From an uncultured Bacteriovoracaceae bacterium (GTDB lineage: Bacteria; Desulfobacterota; Desulfomonilia; UBA1062), in assembly GCA_964513375.1 (NCBI GenBank), contig CAZEMO010000008.1:85556-149555 (forward strand): a stretch of 64,000 nt of DNA, read 5' to 3'. The translations under genes and the position numbers were made by a program. Positions 30,381 through 40,919 of the stretch are shown piece by piece. The notes beneath the pieces are model-generated. The model made no database searches, had not been told where the DNA came from, and worked only from the letters and a program-made list of their open reading frames with translations. Numbering within the stretch: the stretch's first letter is position 1; each line of letters opens with the position of its first letter.

Positions 30381-32456
30381 TTATCTGGGGCCAGTCCCTG
30401 TCTTGTAATAAGTCCTCATCGCATTTGCGAAATCCAGTTCCAGGGACTTTCCGTCAAAGTCGATGACGGTCTTTTCGGTTCCGAACTCCTGTGAGCAGTA
30501 TTTGTTGTCAAATCGCTTATAGGGGCCAATATCCACAGGACTGCCGTTTACCGTCATGGGGCCGTCCCATCCTACGCTAACAAGCCCCTGCGACGGCGAC
30601 TGATACGTTACGTCAAAACCTCTGCATTTTATTTTGGCATCTATTCCGGCATTGGTAAGGGCGCTTGTAAACGATTCGAATGAGCCATTCTCGGACATGC
30701 TCCCCATCTCGACGATATAGAAGTTGTGTTTTCCCGGAACCCTAAGTTCTATGCCGTTTTTCTGCCAGAACGGTTTGAAAAATGAGTAAAGACCGACATA
30801 ACCGTCATCTTTGCGGCCGAATACCCAGTGGCCCTTTGTGACGACTTCGTCGAAAGCCCATTTCGGGAAATATGCAAGGTTGTAGTATTCAGGCCCCATG
30901 GCAAGCATGAACAATTCGATCAGAGGCAGTTCGAGATTGCGGTCATACTGGATTATGCCCACGTTTTTATAAAGCGTGGCCCTCGGTTTCCAGCCGCCAA
31001 CATATTCCTCTCCCCTGAGAGTGGGGCCTGAGTTCGTGAAAACCGTGGCATACATATCGAGACTTCCCTGCCATATAAGCTCCTGCATGCTGGACATGCC
31101 CTTCTGGTGGTCCTGAACACCTGAGAGTTGATAGTCCGGCGTACGGTAAGTATATGTGTTGGGCGACTCGAGCATTATCCCTCTCGTCAGGTCGGCAAGC
31201 ATCTTGCTATACCCTGTCGGGTCAGTCAGATGCGCAATTGATGAAACTTTAATAAAAGTTGAAAAATCGTCGTCACTCATCCCGAGATCACTGCTTACAT
31301 CGGCGCCGAGGTTGTATTTGTCCATGAGCATGATGGAACCGTCAACCACATAGGGAGCGACCATGCCTGTCATCGTCCACCAGTATATGATATCTTCCTC
31401 CTTCGAAAAACCGACGTCAAAGCTGGCTGCATCGTCGAGAGACAGGCTCATTCTCTCTTTGTGTTCAATTGCCGGGGCGGCATCTGCTGCAATCTCCTCG
31501 AGTATTGCCGGGGGCACATAGCTGCTGGTGGCAAGGAAGGCAGCCGTAAAATGGCCGGGGTCGAGGTGAGTGCCAATCCCCAGCATGAGCCATGCCGTTT
31601 CATGGGTTGACTCCCTGTTTGGCAATTTGTCTGTGCCTAACCCAACTTCTTTACCATCTTCCGTGCGGCCATGGGCAGTGGCGTATGAGCCTTTGAAATA
31701 ATTGCATGCAAAATCAAAGGCCATCAGGTCGAGCAATATTGAGGCTTTTGCTGATATTTCGACATCGTCAGAGAAGTCCACCAGATTGATAAGTGCAGGC
31801 ATGGTCTCGTTATAGTAGATGTTGGAATGATACTCGGTAAACCCGAATTTTCCCCTGAAGCCAAGCCATGAATTGACCCAGTGCAACGCATGCTCTACAT
31901 GCTGAAGGCCGGTCATGCCTGAATTTGTAAATGTCTCATCGGGATATAGCCTTCCGGCCAGAAGTTCGGCTGTGTTGAACAGAATCTGGTGGTTTTCGGT
32001 CGTGGTTATCGTTTCGGTCTCACCCGGCTCGTCATACCAGTATCTGAAGTTGAGAACAGTAGTTTTCATCTTATCCCGCAGCTCTGTCGGCAGCGAGTTC
32101 GTGCTCCTGTCAATGCAAAGCATTCGGATGATCGCATTCAGCCCGAAATCCGCACAGTCCTTCCTGGCATCGGCCTTTGCGAGCGCTGCAAGTACAGGCG
32201 CTTCTGTTACCGGTTCTCCCTTTGCAACATGAACGACCTGCGCATAAAGGCCCTCACTTAAAAGGGCGTCGATTATATACTGAGATTTGCGCAATTGATA
32301 ACCCTCGCTTGGGGTGATCGGAACAGGCACTGCGATGCTGCTGGAATCTTGCTGAGGCGCAAGGTATTGATTATCCGGTCCGGAATTGTCGTTACCCGAA
32401 CAGCCTATGATAACCATTATTGTTAGAATAAAAGCTAAACCGAAATATTTCCTCAT
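30381..32456 (-). CDS. large lipoprotein, hypothetical (possibly polysaccharide lyase / heparinase II/III-like)
   Basis: Signal peptide with a lipobox (IIGCSG). 691 aa. The family call is weak. Confidence 0.55.
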   Translation of the reverse strand: MRKYFGLAFILTIMVIIGCSGNDNSGPDNQYLAPQQDSSSIAVPVPITPSEGYQLRKSQYIIDALLSEGLYAQVVHVAKGEPVTEAPVLAALAKADARKDCADFGLNAIIRMLCIDRSTNSLPTELRDKMKTTVLNFRYWYDEPGETETITTTENHQILFNTAELLAGRLYPDETFTNSGMTGLQHVEHALHWVNSWLGFRGKFGFTEYHSNIYYNETMPALINLVDFSDDVEISAKASILLDLMAFDFACNYFKGSYATAHGRTEDGKEVGLGTDKLPNRESTHETAWLMLGIGTHLDPGHFTAAFLATSSYVPPAILEEIAADAAPAIEHKERMSLSLDDAASFDVGFSKEEDIIYWWTMTGMVAPYVVDGSIMLMDKYNLGADVSSDLGMSDDDFSTFIKVSSIAHLTDPTGYSKMLADLTRGIMLESPNTYTYRTPDYQLSGVQDHQKGMSSMQELIWQGSLDMYATVFTNSGPTLRGEEYVGGWKPRATLYKNVGIIQYDRNLELPLIELFMLAMGPEYYNLAYFPKWAFDEVVTKGHWVFGRKDDGYVGLYSFFKPFWQKNGIELRVPGKHNFYIVEMGSMSENGSFESFTSALTNAGIDAKIKCRGFDVTYQSPSQGLVSVGWDGPMTVNGSPVDIGPYKRFDNKYCSQEFGTEKTVIDFDGKSLELDFANAMRTYYKTGTGPR

Positions 32457-32682
32457 ATAAACCTCCAGATAAACTGCTCATTTGCCCTTTACTATTTTTT
32501 TGCAACATCCATGCCCTTATACACCTGTTGCCGGGTCATTGCACTACATCTGAAAATCCTTTATTGTTACATACATGCGCCGGGCATAGTTCAATTCATT
32601 TCCTGCTGCATCCAGTACCATCGTAATTCAGGCAATTTTGTTTCCTGTTTTTATGAAATTATTTCGTCACATATAAGAACTT

Positions 32683-33714
32683 TTATTCATTTATTATTTC
32701 CAGAAACCTCGTGTCCGTTTCCTCGGTTTTTCCTGTTGCAGCGGATCTATAAACGGCTTCAATTGCAGCCAGCACAGGCAGTGACTGTGAGGCGGGGGTC
32801 AGAAAAGGCCTGTTCTCTATCACCCATGCCCTGAAGCCTTCAATACTTCGAAACAGCGCATGAAGACCTTTGGCCGGAACCTGATAATGAGAAGGCTTTA
32901 TTCCTGCGAATCTTACTTTCGGTGATGAAAAGCCCGAGTAAACGGCGGTCGCCCTGCTGCCGTAGACGTCAATTGTTACCTTCTGTTCAGTTGCGGCTGC
33001 CATAGACGAAGCCGCCTGGATAAGTATGCCGTTTTCAAGCTCGATCACGGCCATAGCCAGGTCTTCCACCTCCACATCCCTGAAACATTTTCTGGCAGTC
33101 ATCCCGGTGGCCCTGAGAGGGGCTTTGCCGCATGCCCACAGGAGCACATCAAGCGCATGGCTGCCCTGCGTCAGCAGAGTCCCACCGCCTGAGGTCTCAA
33201 GGTATCTGTGCCAGGGGGATGCGGAAAAGTATTTATCTGTCCTGTGCCAGGGCACATTGCAGCGGCCATAGAGGATTTCACCCATTTCCCCTGAACGCGC
33301 AGCTTGCGCCATGGCATAGCAGCCGCTGTCATAACGGTACTGATAATTGATGCCCAGCTTGACCCCGGCTTTTCCTGCAAGTCTGCATACATCGAGAGCG
33401 TCGTCCATATTTGTCGTTACGGGCTTTTCGCAGAAAACATGCCTGCCGTCTGCGATCGCCTCTTTTATCATAGGCGTATGAAGGAAATGCGGCACTGCAA
33501 GGTAGACCACATCCGGCTTTGCCTTTCTCAGCATCTCGGAATAATCGCAATAATATTGGGGAATCCTGAACCACCGGCTGAAGGATTTCGCCCTGTTGAT
33601 ATTCTTGTCGCAGCATGCAACCGTCCTGATACCGCTGTTCAGAATGAAGCCTATTGCTGTAAACCTCGCTATGTCTCCGCAACCGACAATTGCCACACTT
33701 AGTTTATTCTTCAT
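32683..33714 (-). CDS. Gfo/Idh/MocA family oxidoreductase
   Basis: LSVAIVGCGDIAR forms the Rossmann motif, and EKP is the conserved catalytic motif. Confidence 0.85.
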   Translation of the reverse strand: MKNKLSVAIVGCGDIARFTAIGFILNSGIRTVACCDKNINRAKSFSRWFRIPQYYCDYSEMLRKAKPDVVYLAVPHFLHTPMIKEAIADGRHVFCEKPVTTNMDDALDVCRLAGKAGVKLGINYQYRYDSGCYAMAQAARSGEMGEILYGRCNVPWHRTDKYFSASPWHRYLETSGGGTLLTQGSHALDVLLWACGKAPLRATGMTARKCFRDVEVEDLAMAVIELENGILIQAASSMAAATEQKVTIDVYGSRATAVYSGFSSPKVRFAGIKPSHYQVPAKGLHALFRSIEGFRAWVIENRPFLTPASQSLPVLAAIEAVYRSAATGKTEETDTRFLEIINE

Positions 33715-33715
33715 C

Positions 33716-34318
33716 TTATCCTCCGCAAACCCACGTAAGACCTTCCCTTATAACTGTCGCCACTTCAGGAACCTCTAGTGATGCCGCTACATGGCCCGGT
33801 TCGATATAGCACACCCGACCTTTGCCGTAATTCTGCGTCCATACCACAGGTATCACTTTGCCGGCCATTTCCGTCGTATAAGAGACCGACATTCCGGGCC
33901 TGGTTTCATGAATATAAAGTTCATCCCTCACGGTAAAAGATCCGGGCGTAAATATTTCAGAACCGGTTGAGGTCGAGGTAAAAGGAACAACCTCCTCGTG
34001 GGAGACGAACCGGCCTCCCATGAGATTGAACCAGCCTGCGGACTTCTTGAAGGACGCGGTTGCAGAGTGTATGCCCAGAAGTCCTCCGCCATGCGCCGTA
34101 AAACTCTCCATCGCGAACAGCGCCTCATCGCTAATCTTCTGTCTGTGAAGATAGATCACGGCCGCATCGAACATGCCTCGCTTCAATATACAGGCACCTT
34201 CAATGGAAGGCGTCTGAACAACCGTGCACATCCCCGAGACAATCTCAAAAAGCCTTTTTCTCGCCAAAAGGCTGGGATGAACAAACCCTGCCGAGATAAG
34301 AAGAACATGTTTTTTCAT
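33716..34318 (-). CDS. ThuA-like (type 1 glutamine amidotransferase-like) protein
   Basis: Start MKKHVLL after a GGAGGT RBS. HGGGLLGIH is the ThuA-like motif. It overlaps its neighbour in an ATGA arrangement. Confidence 0.6.
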   Translation of the reverse strand: MKKHVLLISAGFVHPSLLARKRLFEIVSGMCTVVQTPSIEGACILKRGMFDAAVIYLHRQKISDEALFAMESFTAHGGGLLGIHSATASFKKSAGWFNLMGGRFVSHEEVVPFTSTSTGSEIFTPGSFTVRDELYIHETRPGMSVSYTTEMAGKVIPVVWTQNYGKGRVCYIEPGHVAASLEVPEVATVIREGLTWVCGG

Positions 34319-36417
34319 GACTCGAACACCTCCCCTTTTTTGAACCTTGCCCATACAGCTTCGAACCAGTCATCAGGATCGGGCACGGGCCTTACCGGCA
34401 CAAATTCGCTGTGTGTATTTCCCCTTTTATCGAACCATGTTTCGATAACCATACCGGTCAATGCCTTGCCTTTACCGGGCCTGCTTTTGGATTTTCCTTC
34501 TGCCGGAATACATACGGAATCTTCATTCCCCTTTTCTCTATAAATAAACGACCCTCTCCCCTGCCTGAGACTTTCAAGCAGCTTAAGCGATGCATCAAGC
34601 ATGGCCCTCTCGGCAATAAGAATATCTATGTTTTTAAGCCAGGCCCTCACCTCTGATATTTCTTTAACGCCGGAGGAGAGGTGCTTACGCAGTTGTCCCG
34701 AATTTGCGGACATGGCCTTTTTTGTCCCTGAAATGCCCCTTATTATTCCAAGAGCAGAAGACGCTCTCTTCTGTATTTTCAGCCTTTCTTCAACGGGGTT
34801 TATCCGTTTCTTTGATTGAAGCGCACTCTCAATGACTTCAGGCAGCCCACTGATGTTGACGGCATTTCCGCTCCGGGCGTTCTTTTCTGTCTTGATCCTG
34901 TGCGCAATGCACTGGGCCGCCCTCAGACTGCCGACCTGCCCCGCATTAAGAGCGCTGCCTCCGGGACGGTATATGCCGTGAGTCCCTGCCGCCTCTCCTA
35001 CGGCAAAAAGATTCTTTACGCTTGTTTCCCACCATTTGCCCACTGCAAGCCCGCCGTTTAAATGCTGGTTGCATACCGCTATCTCAAGGGGCCTTTTCTT
35101 AAGGTCCACGCCTTTAGAAAGATAAAGCTCATAAGCTGCCATGTTCATCTTCATCAAACGCTCAACCGGCTTGTCTCCGACTGCCCCTGATTTTTTAAGA
35201 TACTCTTTTGCAACTTCAGGCAGTCCGTTTATCGAGAAACTCTTTCCAGAATAAACCGGATTGCGGGTGAAATCCATATAGACCTTCCTCCCAAACTCCA
35301 CCCTCTCCCTGTAAACAAGGAGGTCGATCATCGAAGAGCCCGGCACCTTCCTCACATCGAACGGCCATTCATAGCCTTTAAGGAAAATCATCCCGCACAT
35401 CGTCTGCCAGTCTTCAAAATAAGGCGTCAGAAAATGCCTCTTATCCGTTCCGTCGGCATTCATTGAAAAATAATCAGGTATAACCTGCTGAAAACTCCCT
35501 GACAGATTCCACCTCGGATTCACCGAAGAAATGCCGAACTGGCTCTCGGTCAGATTGCACCCCCTTGCGCCGGATAAAAGCGCTACCCCGAGAGAACCGG
35601 TCTGCTCACTTGGATACACACTGTCAGCATATAAAGCAGCAGGACCTCCTGTCCCCCAGATCACATAATCTGCCAGTATCACCTGCATGCAGTTACTACT
35701 GTCCAACGCAACAACACCCCGGACAGAATTCTCCCTATCTCCCACCCCTCTTTCCCTCAAGGGAAAGAGGGCAGTAGATTTATCTAATCCGCACACGTGC
35801 GGATTAGATAAATGTTTAGCCTCCTCCTGGACAGGAGGGGGATGGGGGAGGTCGAATCCGTCATTGTCAGTAAGTATTTTTATAACTTCCATCTTTTCGA
35901 TGATAGTGACGCAAAGACGTTTTGCTTCGGCCAGGAGTTTTTCATGCATCATAATCGAGGTGCGTGGTCCGGCCGAGGTCGCCCGGGACGCGGTATCATG
36001 GTCTGTCCTGTAGCCAGGGTAGATTCCGTATTCGTTGAAGGGGAACTCCACGCCCAGACTGCACAGATGGGAAAACGACTCGGATGAAAGTGCGGCCTCG
36101 ATCAGTGCGGTATCGCCATGCATGGCCCCGCCAGAGAAAAGGTCTTGAGCCATTTTATATGCACTGTCTCCGGATGGAGAGCACGGGTTGAGCCTGTAAT
36201 AAGTCTGCTTGTCGGAGCCGGTATTTGCAGATGTCCCCAGGTTTGAGCCCTCTGTTATTATGGCTATATCGTCGATTCCGAATCTTTTGAGCCTGATTGC
36301 CGCATTGAGCGATGACGCGCCCGAGCCGATTATGGCGACTTGATAAAACAGTGGTGAGTGGTCAGTGGTGAGTGGTGAGTTAATAGAAATATCTGATTTG
36401 GAGGATTTCTTTTTCAT
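34315..36417 (-). CDS. FAD-dependent oxidoreductase (fumarate reductase/succinate dehydrogenase flavoprotein-like), 700 aa
   Basis: VAIIGSGASSLNAA is a dinucleotide-binding motif. The N-terminal roughly 25 codons are encoded by a short tandem DNA repeat, so the start is uncertain. Confidence 0.7.
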   Translation of the reverse strand: MKKKSSKSDISINSPLTTDHSPLFYQVAIIGSGASSLNAAIRLKRFGIDDIAIITEGSNLGTSANTGSDKQTYYRLNPCSPSGDSAYKMAQDLFSGGAMHGDTALIEAALSSESFSHLCSLGVEFPFNEYGIYPGYRTDHDTASRATSAGPRTSIMMHEKLLAEAKRLCVTIIEKMEVIKILTDNDGFDLPHPPPVQEEAKHLSNPHVCGLDKSTALFPLRERGVGDRENSVRGVVALDSSNCMQVILADYVIWGTGGPAALYADSVYPSEQTGSLGVALLSGARGCNLTESQFGISSVNPRWNLSGSFQQVIPDYFSMNADGTDKRHFLTPYFEDWQTMCGMIFLKGYEWPFDVRKVPGSSMIDLLVYRERVEFGRKVYMDFTRNPVYSGKSFSINGLPEVAKEYLKKSGAVGDKPVERLMKMNMAAYELYLSKGVDLKKRPLEIAVCNQHLNGGLAVGKWWETSVKNLFAVGEAAGTHGIYRPGGSALNAGQVGSLRAAQCIAHRIKTEKNARSGNAVNISGLPEVIESALQSKKRINPVEERLKIQKRASSALGIIRGISGTKKAMSANSGQLRKHLSSGVKEISEVRAWLKNIDILIAERAMLDASLKLLESLRQGRGSFIYREKGNEDSVCIPAEGKSKSRPGKGKALTGMVIETWFDKRGNTHSEFVPVRPVPDPDDWFEAVWARFKKGEVFES

Positions 36418-36474
36418 AATTTTTTTCTCATGTCTCTTAACTCCTGACTCCTTACTCCAATCTCATGCATTATC

Positions 36475-37233
36475 TCACAGTCTCCTGATATGAAAGCCGC
36501 CGTCCACGTTTATTGCCTCTCCGGTAGAATACGGGAGGTATCCCAGCACTATCATCTCCACCGCCTTTGCTATATCTTCCGGATGCCCCCATCTGGACAT
36601 GGGCAGAAGATCTTCTGCTATAAGCCTGTCATATTTTTCCCTGACCGGAACCGTCATATCGGTTGAAATTATACCCGGCCTTATCTCGAACACGCCTATA
36701 TTGTCATTTGCAAGCCGAGCCGCGTAAAGCTGCGTCATCATGGACATGCCGGCCTTGCTGATGCAGTAGTCGCCCCGGTTCGTACTGACGGTGTATGACG
36801 AAATGGATGCGATATTGATGATATATGAGCGTTTGGCCCTTTCTTTCATGAGAGGAACAAGTGCGGATGAAAGCAGCATAGGGCCGATAAGGTTCACCCG
36901 AAAGACATCGAGAATATCCTCTTCAAGAAGCGCAAGTATATCCTTTCTGCCGGATGTCGTCCTGCCCGCATTATTGATAAGAACATCGAGCCCTCCAACT
37001 TTTCCGACAGCTTCAATTATCTTTTTTCTGGTCTCTTCTTCTGCAATGTCACCTTTGACATAGACGCATCCGCCTGAGGCTGATTCAATTTCAGCAACAA
37101 GCGCGGCCGCTTCACCGGCCTCGCGTCTGCCGTTTATGATCACATGATAACCCAGCTTTGCGAGCATCAATGCCACAGCCCTGCCGATACCTGCTGTCGA
37201 CCCGGTTACAAGTGCGGTCTTCTTTTCATCCAT
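36475..37233 (-). CDS. SDR family oxidoreductase
   Basis: TALVTGSTAGIGRA, NNAG and YxxxK motifs. Confidence 0.85.
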   Translation of the reverse strand: MDEKKTALVTGSTAGIGRAVALMLAKLGYHVIINGRREAGEAAALVAEIESASGGCVYVKGDIAEEETRKKIIEAVGKVGGLDVLINNAGRTTSGRKDILALLEEDILDVFRVNLIGPMLLSSALVPLMKERAKRSYIINIASISSYTVSTNRGDYCISKAGMSMMTQLYAARLANDNIGVFEIRPGIISTDMTVPVREKYDRLIAEDLLPMSRWGHPEDIAKAVEMIVLGYLPYSTGEAINVDGGFHIRRL

Positions 37234-37308
37234 TCTTTAGCTCCATAATAATATAATTTGTTGAGCTGTCGAATCATTCATTTATTAAGAAGGCAGCTTA
37301 TCAGCTTA

Positions 37309-38286
37309 TTAAACCGTCTCACCCTCAATAAGCTCCCCTTCTATCTCAAGCCTCAGCGTCCTGTTAGTCTTGTGGACAATGTTGTCCTTAAGCCATCTGG
37401 CGGCGTAAAAGCCCATTTCATAGGTCGACAGGCTCACGGTTGTTATGAGAGGCCTGAAGAGCTTCCTCATGGGCGAGTCGTCAAATCCTGTTATTGATAT
37501 GTCTGCTGGCACCGATTTTCCCAGCCTGTTTATCTCAGATATAAGACTTATCGCAAAATTATCATTAAAGCACATTACGGCATCGCAGTTTTTCAGATAA
37601 CAGCGTGCGTCGGCATCGCTGATACCGTAGAGACCTTTTGCATTTCGTATTAACTCGCTATTGAAGATCCCGGACTCCATCATGGCCAAAGTATATCCCC
37701 TGAGTCTGTCCTTATTGACAGGGTTATCCGGGTATCCCAGGTAGCCGATCGATTTCTTGCCTTTTGAGATCAGGTATCCGGCCAGCTTCAGCATACCCTT
37801 GAAATTGTTGCAGGAGACATAGTTCCCCTCGGTCCTGTTCAGAAAAACGTAAGGTATCTCTTTCAGCTCAAGCTTATGAAGAAGCGTTTTCTGTGCAGAG
37901 CCGAAGGCGAAAATGACGCCGTCCGCATGTATGTCCTTTCTGAGCATCGCTTCCGAAAGTTCGTTATAGCATATCACCTCTATCGTTTTCCATGTCCCGT
38001 CAAATACGCTGTTTATCGAAGACATCAACTCGGTCATGGCAAAAAAGGGGTTTGCCGAGGTCTGGTCCGTATCGGGTATGACGATGAGAATCCTGAGCTG
38101 CGTCCTCGACATATGCCTCTTTCGTTTTTTTGGGGAAAAGTCATGTTCCTGCAGGGATTCGATCACTTTCTGCCGGACATCGCCGGAAATGCCCGGTGCA
38201 TTGTTAAGAACCCGGGAAACGGTACTGACGGATACGCCGCACCTGGAGGCAATATCCGCAAGGGTCAGTACCGGATGGTCTTTCAT
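37309..38286 (-). CDS. LacI family transcriptional regulator
   Basis: N-terminal HTH (LADIASRCGVSVSTVSRVLNN) and a periplasmic-binding-fold domain. Confidence 0.9.
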   Translation of the reverse strand: MKDHPVLTLADIASRCGVSVSTVSRVLNNAPGISGDVRQKVIESLQEHDFSPKKRKRHMSRTQLRILIVIPDTDQTSANPFFAMTELMSSINSVFDGTWKTIEVICYNELSEAMLRKDIHADGVIFAFGSAQKTLLHKLELKEIPYVFLNRTEGNYVSCNNFKGMLKLAGYLISKGKKSIGYLGYPDNPVNKDRLRGYTLAMMESGIFNSELIRNAKGLYGISDADARCYLKNCDAVMCFNDNFAISLISEINRLGKSVPADISITGFDDSPMRKLFRPLITTVSLSTYEMGFYAARWLKDNIVHKTNRTLRLEIEGELIEGETV

Positions 38287-39416
38287 TTATCCTCCCTGTT
38301 AAGGAGGCAGAATACATTCTTCATTGACTTTAAAAGTTTTGAACATCCGCCGCACAGCCTGCACCACCTGATTGAGCCGGGATTTTCCTGAAGTTTGATC
38401 GGGAATAAAGGATCGGCAAGGTTCTGTCGGCCTAATCCTGCAAGGTCAGTATAGCCCTTGCCGATGTTCTCGTCAGCAAAACCTGCGGAAGCGTGTAAAC
38501 CTGCCGAATACGCGGAACCGATTATAGTTGTATCCGGGAATTTATCTTTGAGAACTTTCGCATATCTGAAATGTGTGTACATGTTGAAAATGCCGTCTTC
38601 GCCGGGACGGGTAAGTTTGGGAGTAACCGAAGGTATGCCTGCCGAGACGTTTATATAATCGACCCCTGCCCTGACGATAAAGCCGACCTCTTCGATAATA
38701 CCAGCAGGGTCCTCGATTATCTCATCCGCAGAAGATGTGCCGCATCCGCCCCTTATGCCTTCATAAAAAGAAATGCGTGAACCCATGATGAGACCGGGGA
38801 AATTTCTTTTCGCTTCCCTTATTATATCGCATATAAGCCTTGCGCGGTTCTCTGCGTTTCCGCCGTACACATCCCGCCTTCTGTTGAGGGGTCTCAGCAT
38901 TTCGCCCAGGAGATAACCGTGGCACGCCTTTATGTCCACACCATCGGCACCCGCTTCACGGGCCATTCCGCAGGCCCGGATAAATTCGTCTTTTATCCTT
39001 TCGATTTCGGAGGTCGTCAGTTCAGGTATGCCGTCGCTGCCGTTATTGTACACACAGGTCTTTTTTGAAAAATCACCGGCAACGCGCCCTGCATGTGTAA
39101 GCTGGAACATGATAAGAGCCTTGTCATCATTGCCCTTGAATTCTTCAACAAGCCTTCTGAATCCGCCAAGATTTTCCCGTGTCATGACAAGGCCGTGCTT
39201 CCTTGCCAGTGAAGCGCCGGTTACCGATATCGCTTCGACAAAAACAATCCCCCATTTTCCCCGGGCAAGTTTATTGTAGCGCGAGAGTATCTTTTCGCTC
39301 ACGCACCCGCCCGCACCTGAAGAGTTGATCTCCATTGCCTGAGCCACAAGCCTGTTGCGCACAGACGTATCCTTCAAGCGAAACGGTTTGAATATATTAT
39401 TCATTGAATTTTCCAT
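38283..39416 (-). CDS. NADH:flavin oxidoreductase (Old Yellow Enzyme family)
   Basis: The OYE TIM barrel signature includes the HAGR motif. Length is 377 aa. Confidence 0.8.
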   Translation of the reverse strand: MENSMNNIFKPFRLKDTSVRNRLVAQAMEINSSGAGGCVSEKILSRYNKLARGKWGIVFVEAISVTGASLARKHGLVMTRENLGGFRRLVEEFKGNDDKALIMFQLTHAGRVAGDFSKKTCVYNNGSDGIPELTTSEIERIKDEFIRACGMAREAGADGVDIKACHGYLLGEMLRPLNRRRDVYGGNAENRARLICDIIREAKRNFPGLIMGSRISFYEGIRGGCGTSSADEIIEDPAGIIEEVGFIVRAGVDYINVSAGIPSVTPKLTRPGEDGIFNMYTHFRYAKVLKDKFPDTTIIGSAYSAGLHASAGFADENIGKGYTDLAGLGRQNLADPLFPIKLQENPGSIRWCRLCGGCSKLLKSMKNVFCLLNREDK

Positions 39417-39535
39417 GATGTGTTCAATTATAGCATATTAAATTAATTGTTGCATGCAAATTTTGCAATTTCTTTTCCTTTTGACAAATCAGCTTTATCC
39501 CCTTAATTTGTTGATTTGAATTTCAGGAGGTAGCC

Positions 39536-40351
39536 ATGAGCGAAAACTATACTTTCTACAAGATCATCAAAGAAGCCCCTATAGCGTGGGTTTATCTGAA
39601 CAGGCCCGAAAAGAAAAACGCTATGGGACCGGCGGCCTGGACCGAGATCATCCCTATTTTCGATGACCTCGACAAGGACGATTCCATCCGCTGCGTCATA
39701 ATCGCAGGCGAAGGCAAGGATTTTACGGCAGGCATAGACCTAATGGCCATGGGAAACGAAGTACCAGGCCTTAAGGACTGGGACATGAAACCCGCAACAA
39801 AGATCAAACTCTTCAAGAGCATCTTCCCATTGCAGGATACCATGAGCTGCATCGAGAAGTGCAGCAAGCCCGTCATCTGCGCAATGCACGGCTACTGCAT
39901 AGGAGCCGCGCTCGACATGGCCAGCGCATGCGATATAAGGCTGGCTTCGGCTGACGCCAGAATGTCTGTGCGCGAGGCAGCGGTTGCGATAGTTGCGGAT
40001 GTCGGAAGCCTTCAAAGACTCCCGCACATAATAGGCCAGGGCTATACCCGCGAGCTTACCTATACAGCCAAATATTTCGATGCCGCGCGCGCCAAAGAGA
40101 TGCACCTTGTAAACGATGTCTATCCCGATAAGGAATCGCTGCTCGCAGCCGCCAAGGAAATGGCCCTTGAGATATCTTCATGCTCGCCTCTGGCAGTCCA
40201 GAGCGCAAAGGATGTCCTGAACTACTGCCGGGGAAAAAGCATTGCCGACGGCCTCGAATATGTTGCGGCCAGAAGCTCGATGATACTTCCATCGGATGAC
40301 CTCAAGGAAACAATAACCGCGATGCTTGAAAAGCGGAAACCCAAATTTTAA
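39536..40351 (+). CDS. enoyl-CoA hydratase/isomerase (crotonase) family
   Basis: IAGEGKDFTAGIDL is the crotonase signature. Confidence 0.85.
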   Translation: MSENYTFYKIIKEAPIAWVYLNRPEKKNAMGPAAWTEIIPIFDDLDKDDSIRCVIIAGEGKDFTAGIDLMAMGNEVPGLKDWDMKPATKIKLFKSIFPLQDTMSCIEKCSKPVICAMHGYCIGAALDMASACDIRLASADARMSVREAAVAIVADVGSLQRLPHIIGQGYTRELTYTAKYFDAARAKEMHLVNDVYPDKESLLAAAKEMALEISSCSPLAVQSAKDVLNYCRGKSIADGLEYVAARSSMILPSDDLKETITAMLEKRKPKF

Positions 40352-40364
40352 AGGAAAATTCAAT

Positions 40365-40910
40365 ATGGCTAAAGCTAAGGAAACAAAAAAATCTTTCGGC
40401 CAGAGTGTTAAATCCTATCGCGAGGACAGAGGTCTCAGCATCAAGGAACTCGCCCACGAAACAGGCTATCCAGCTGACCTTCTCGAAAAGGTTGAATGCG
40501 ATGAAATAACGCCTCCCGTGGCCCTTGTCCTTCAGCTGAGCAGAACACTCAAGGTGGATGTCAACACACTTGATGATGCAGCCCAGAAGGCATCCAACCG
40601 CGTAAAGAGCCAGAAAAGACGGGCCGGTTCATATGCCTATAATCAGCTCACGAAATCAGGCTCGGACAAACATCTGGGCGCATATCTGGTAACTATCGAA
40701 CCGAACACGGAACACAAGGGTGTGGAATACCACCATGATGGCGAAGAGTTCGTGTATGTCCTGAAGGGCAAACTCACTATCTCTGTCGGCAAGAATACAA
40801 GTAACCTGGAGAAGGGAGAACATATTCACTTCAATTCGGCCCTGCACCATGCTCTTAGCAACCCCTCCGACGAGAAGGCCGAGTTGCTTGTAGTGCTGTA
40901 CATACCATAG
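40365..40910 (+). CDS. XRE-family HTH transcriptional regulator with C-terminal cupin domain
   Basis: Start MAKAKE after an AAAGGA RBS. HTH (LSIKELAHETGY) plus cupin (GEEFVYVLKG...HH). Confidence 0.75.
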   Translation: MAKAKETKKSFGQSVKSYREDRGLSIKELAHETGYPADLLEKVECDEITPPVALVLQLSRTLKVDVNTLDDAAQKASNRVKSQKRRAGSYAYNQLTKSGSDKHLGAYLVTIEPNTEHKGVEYHHDGEEFVYVLKGKLTISVGKNTSNLEKGEHIHFNSALHHALSNPSDEKAELLVVLYIP

Positions 40911-40919
40911 GCCATCCTG

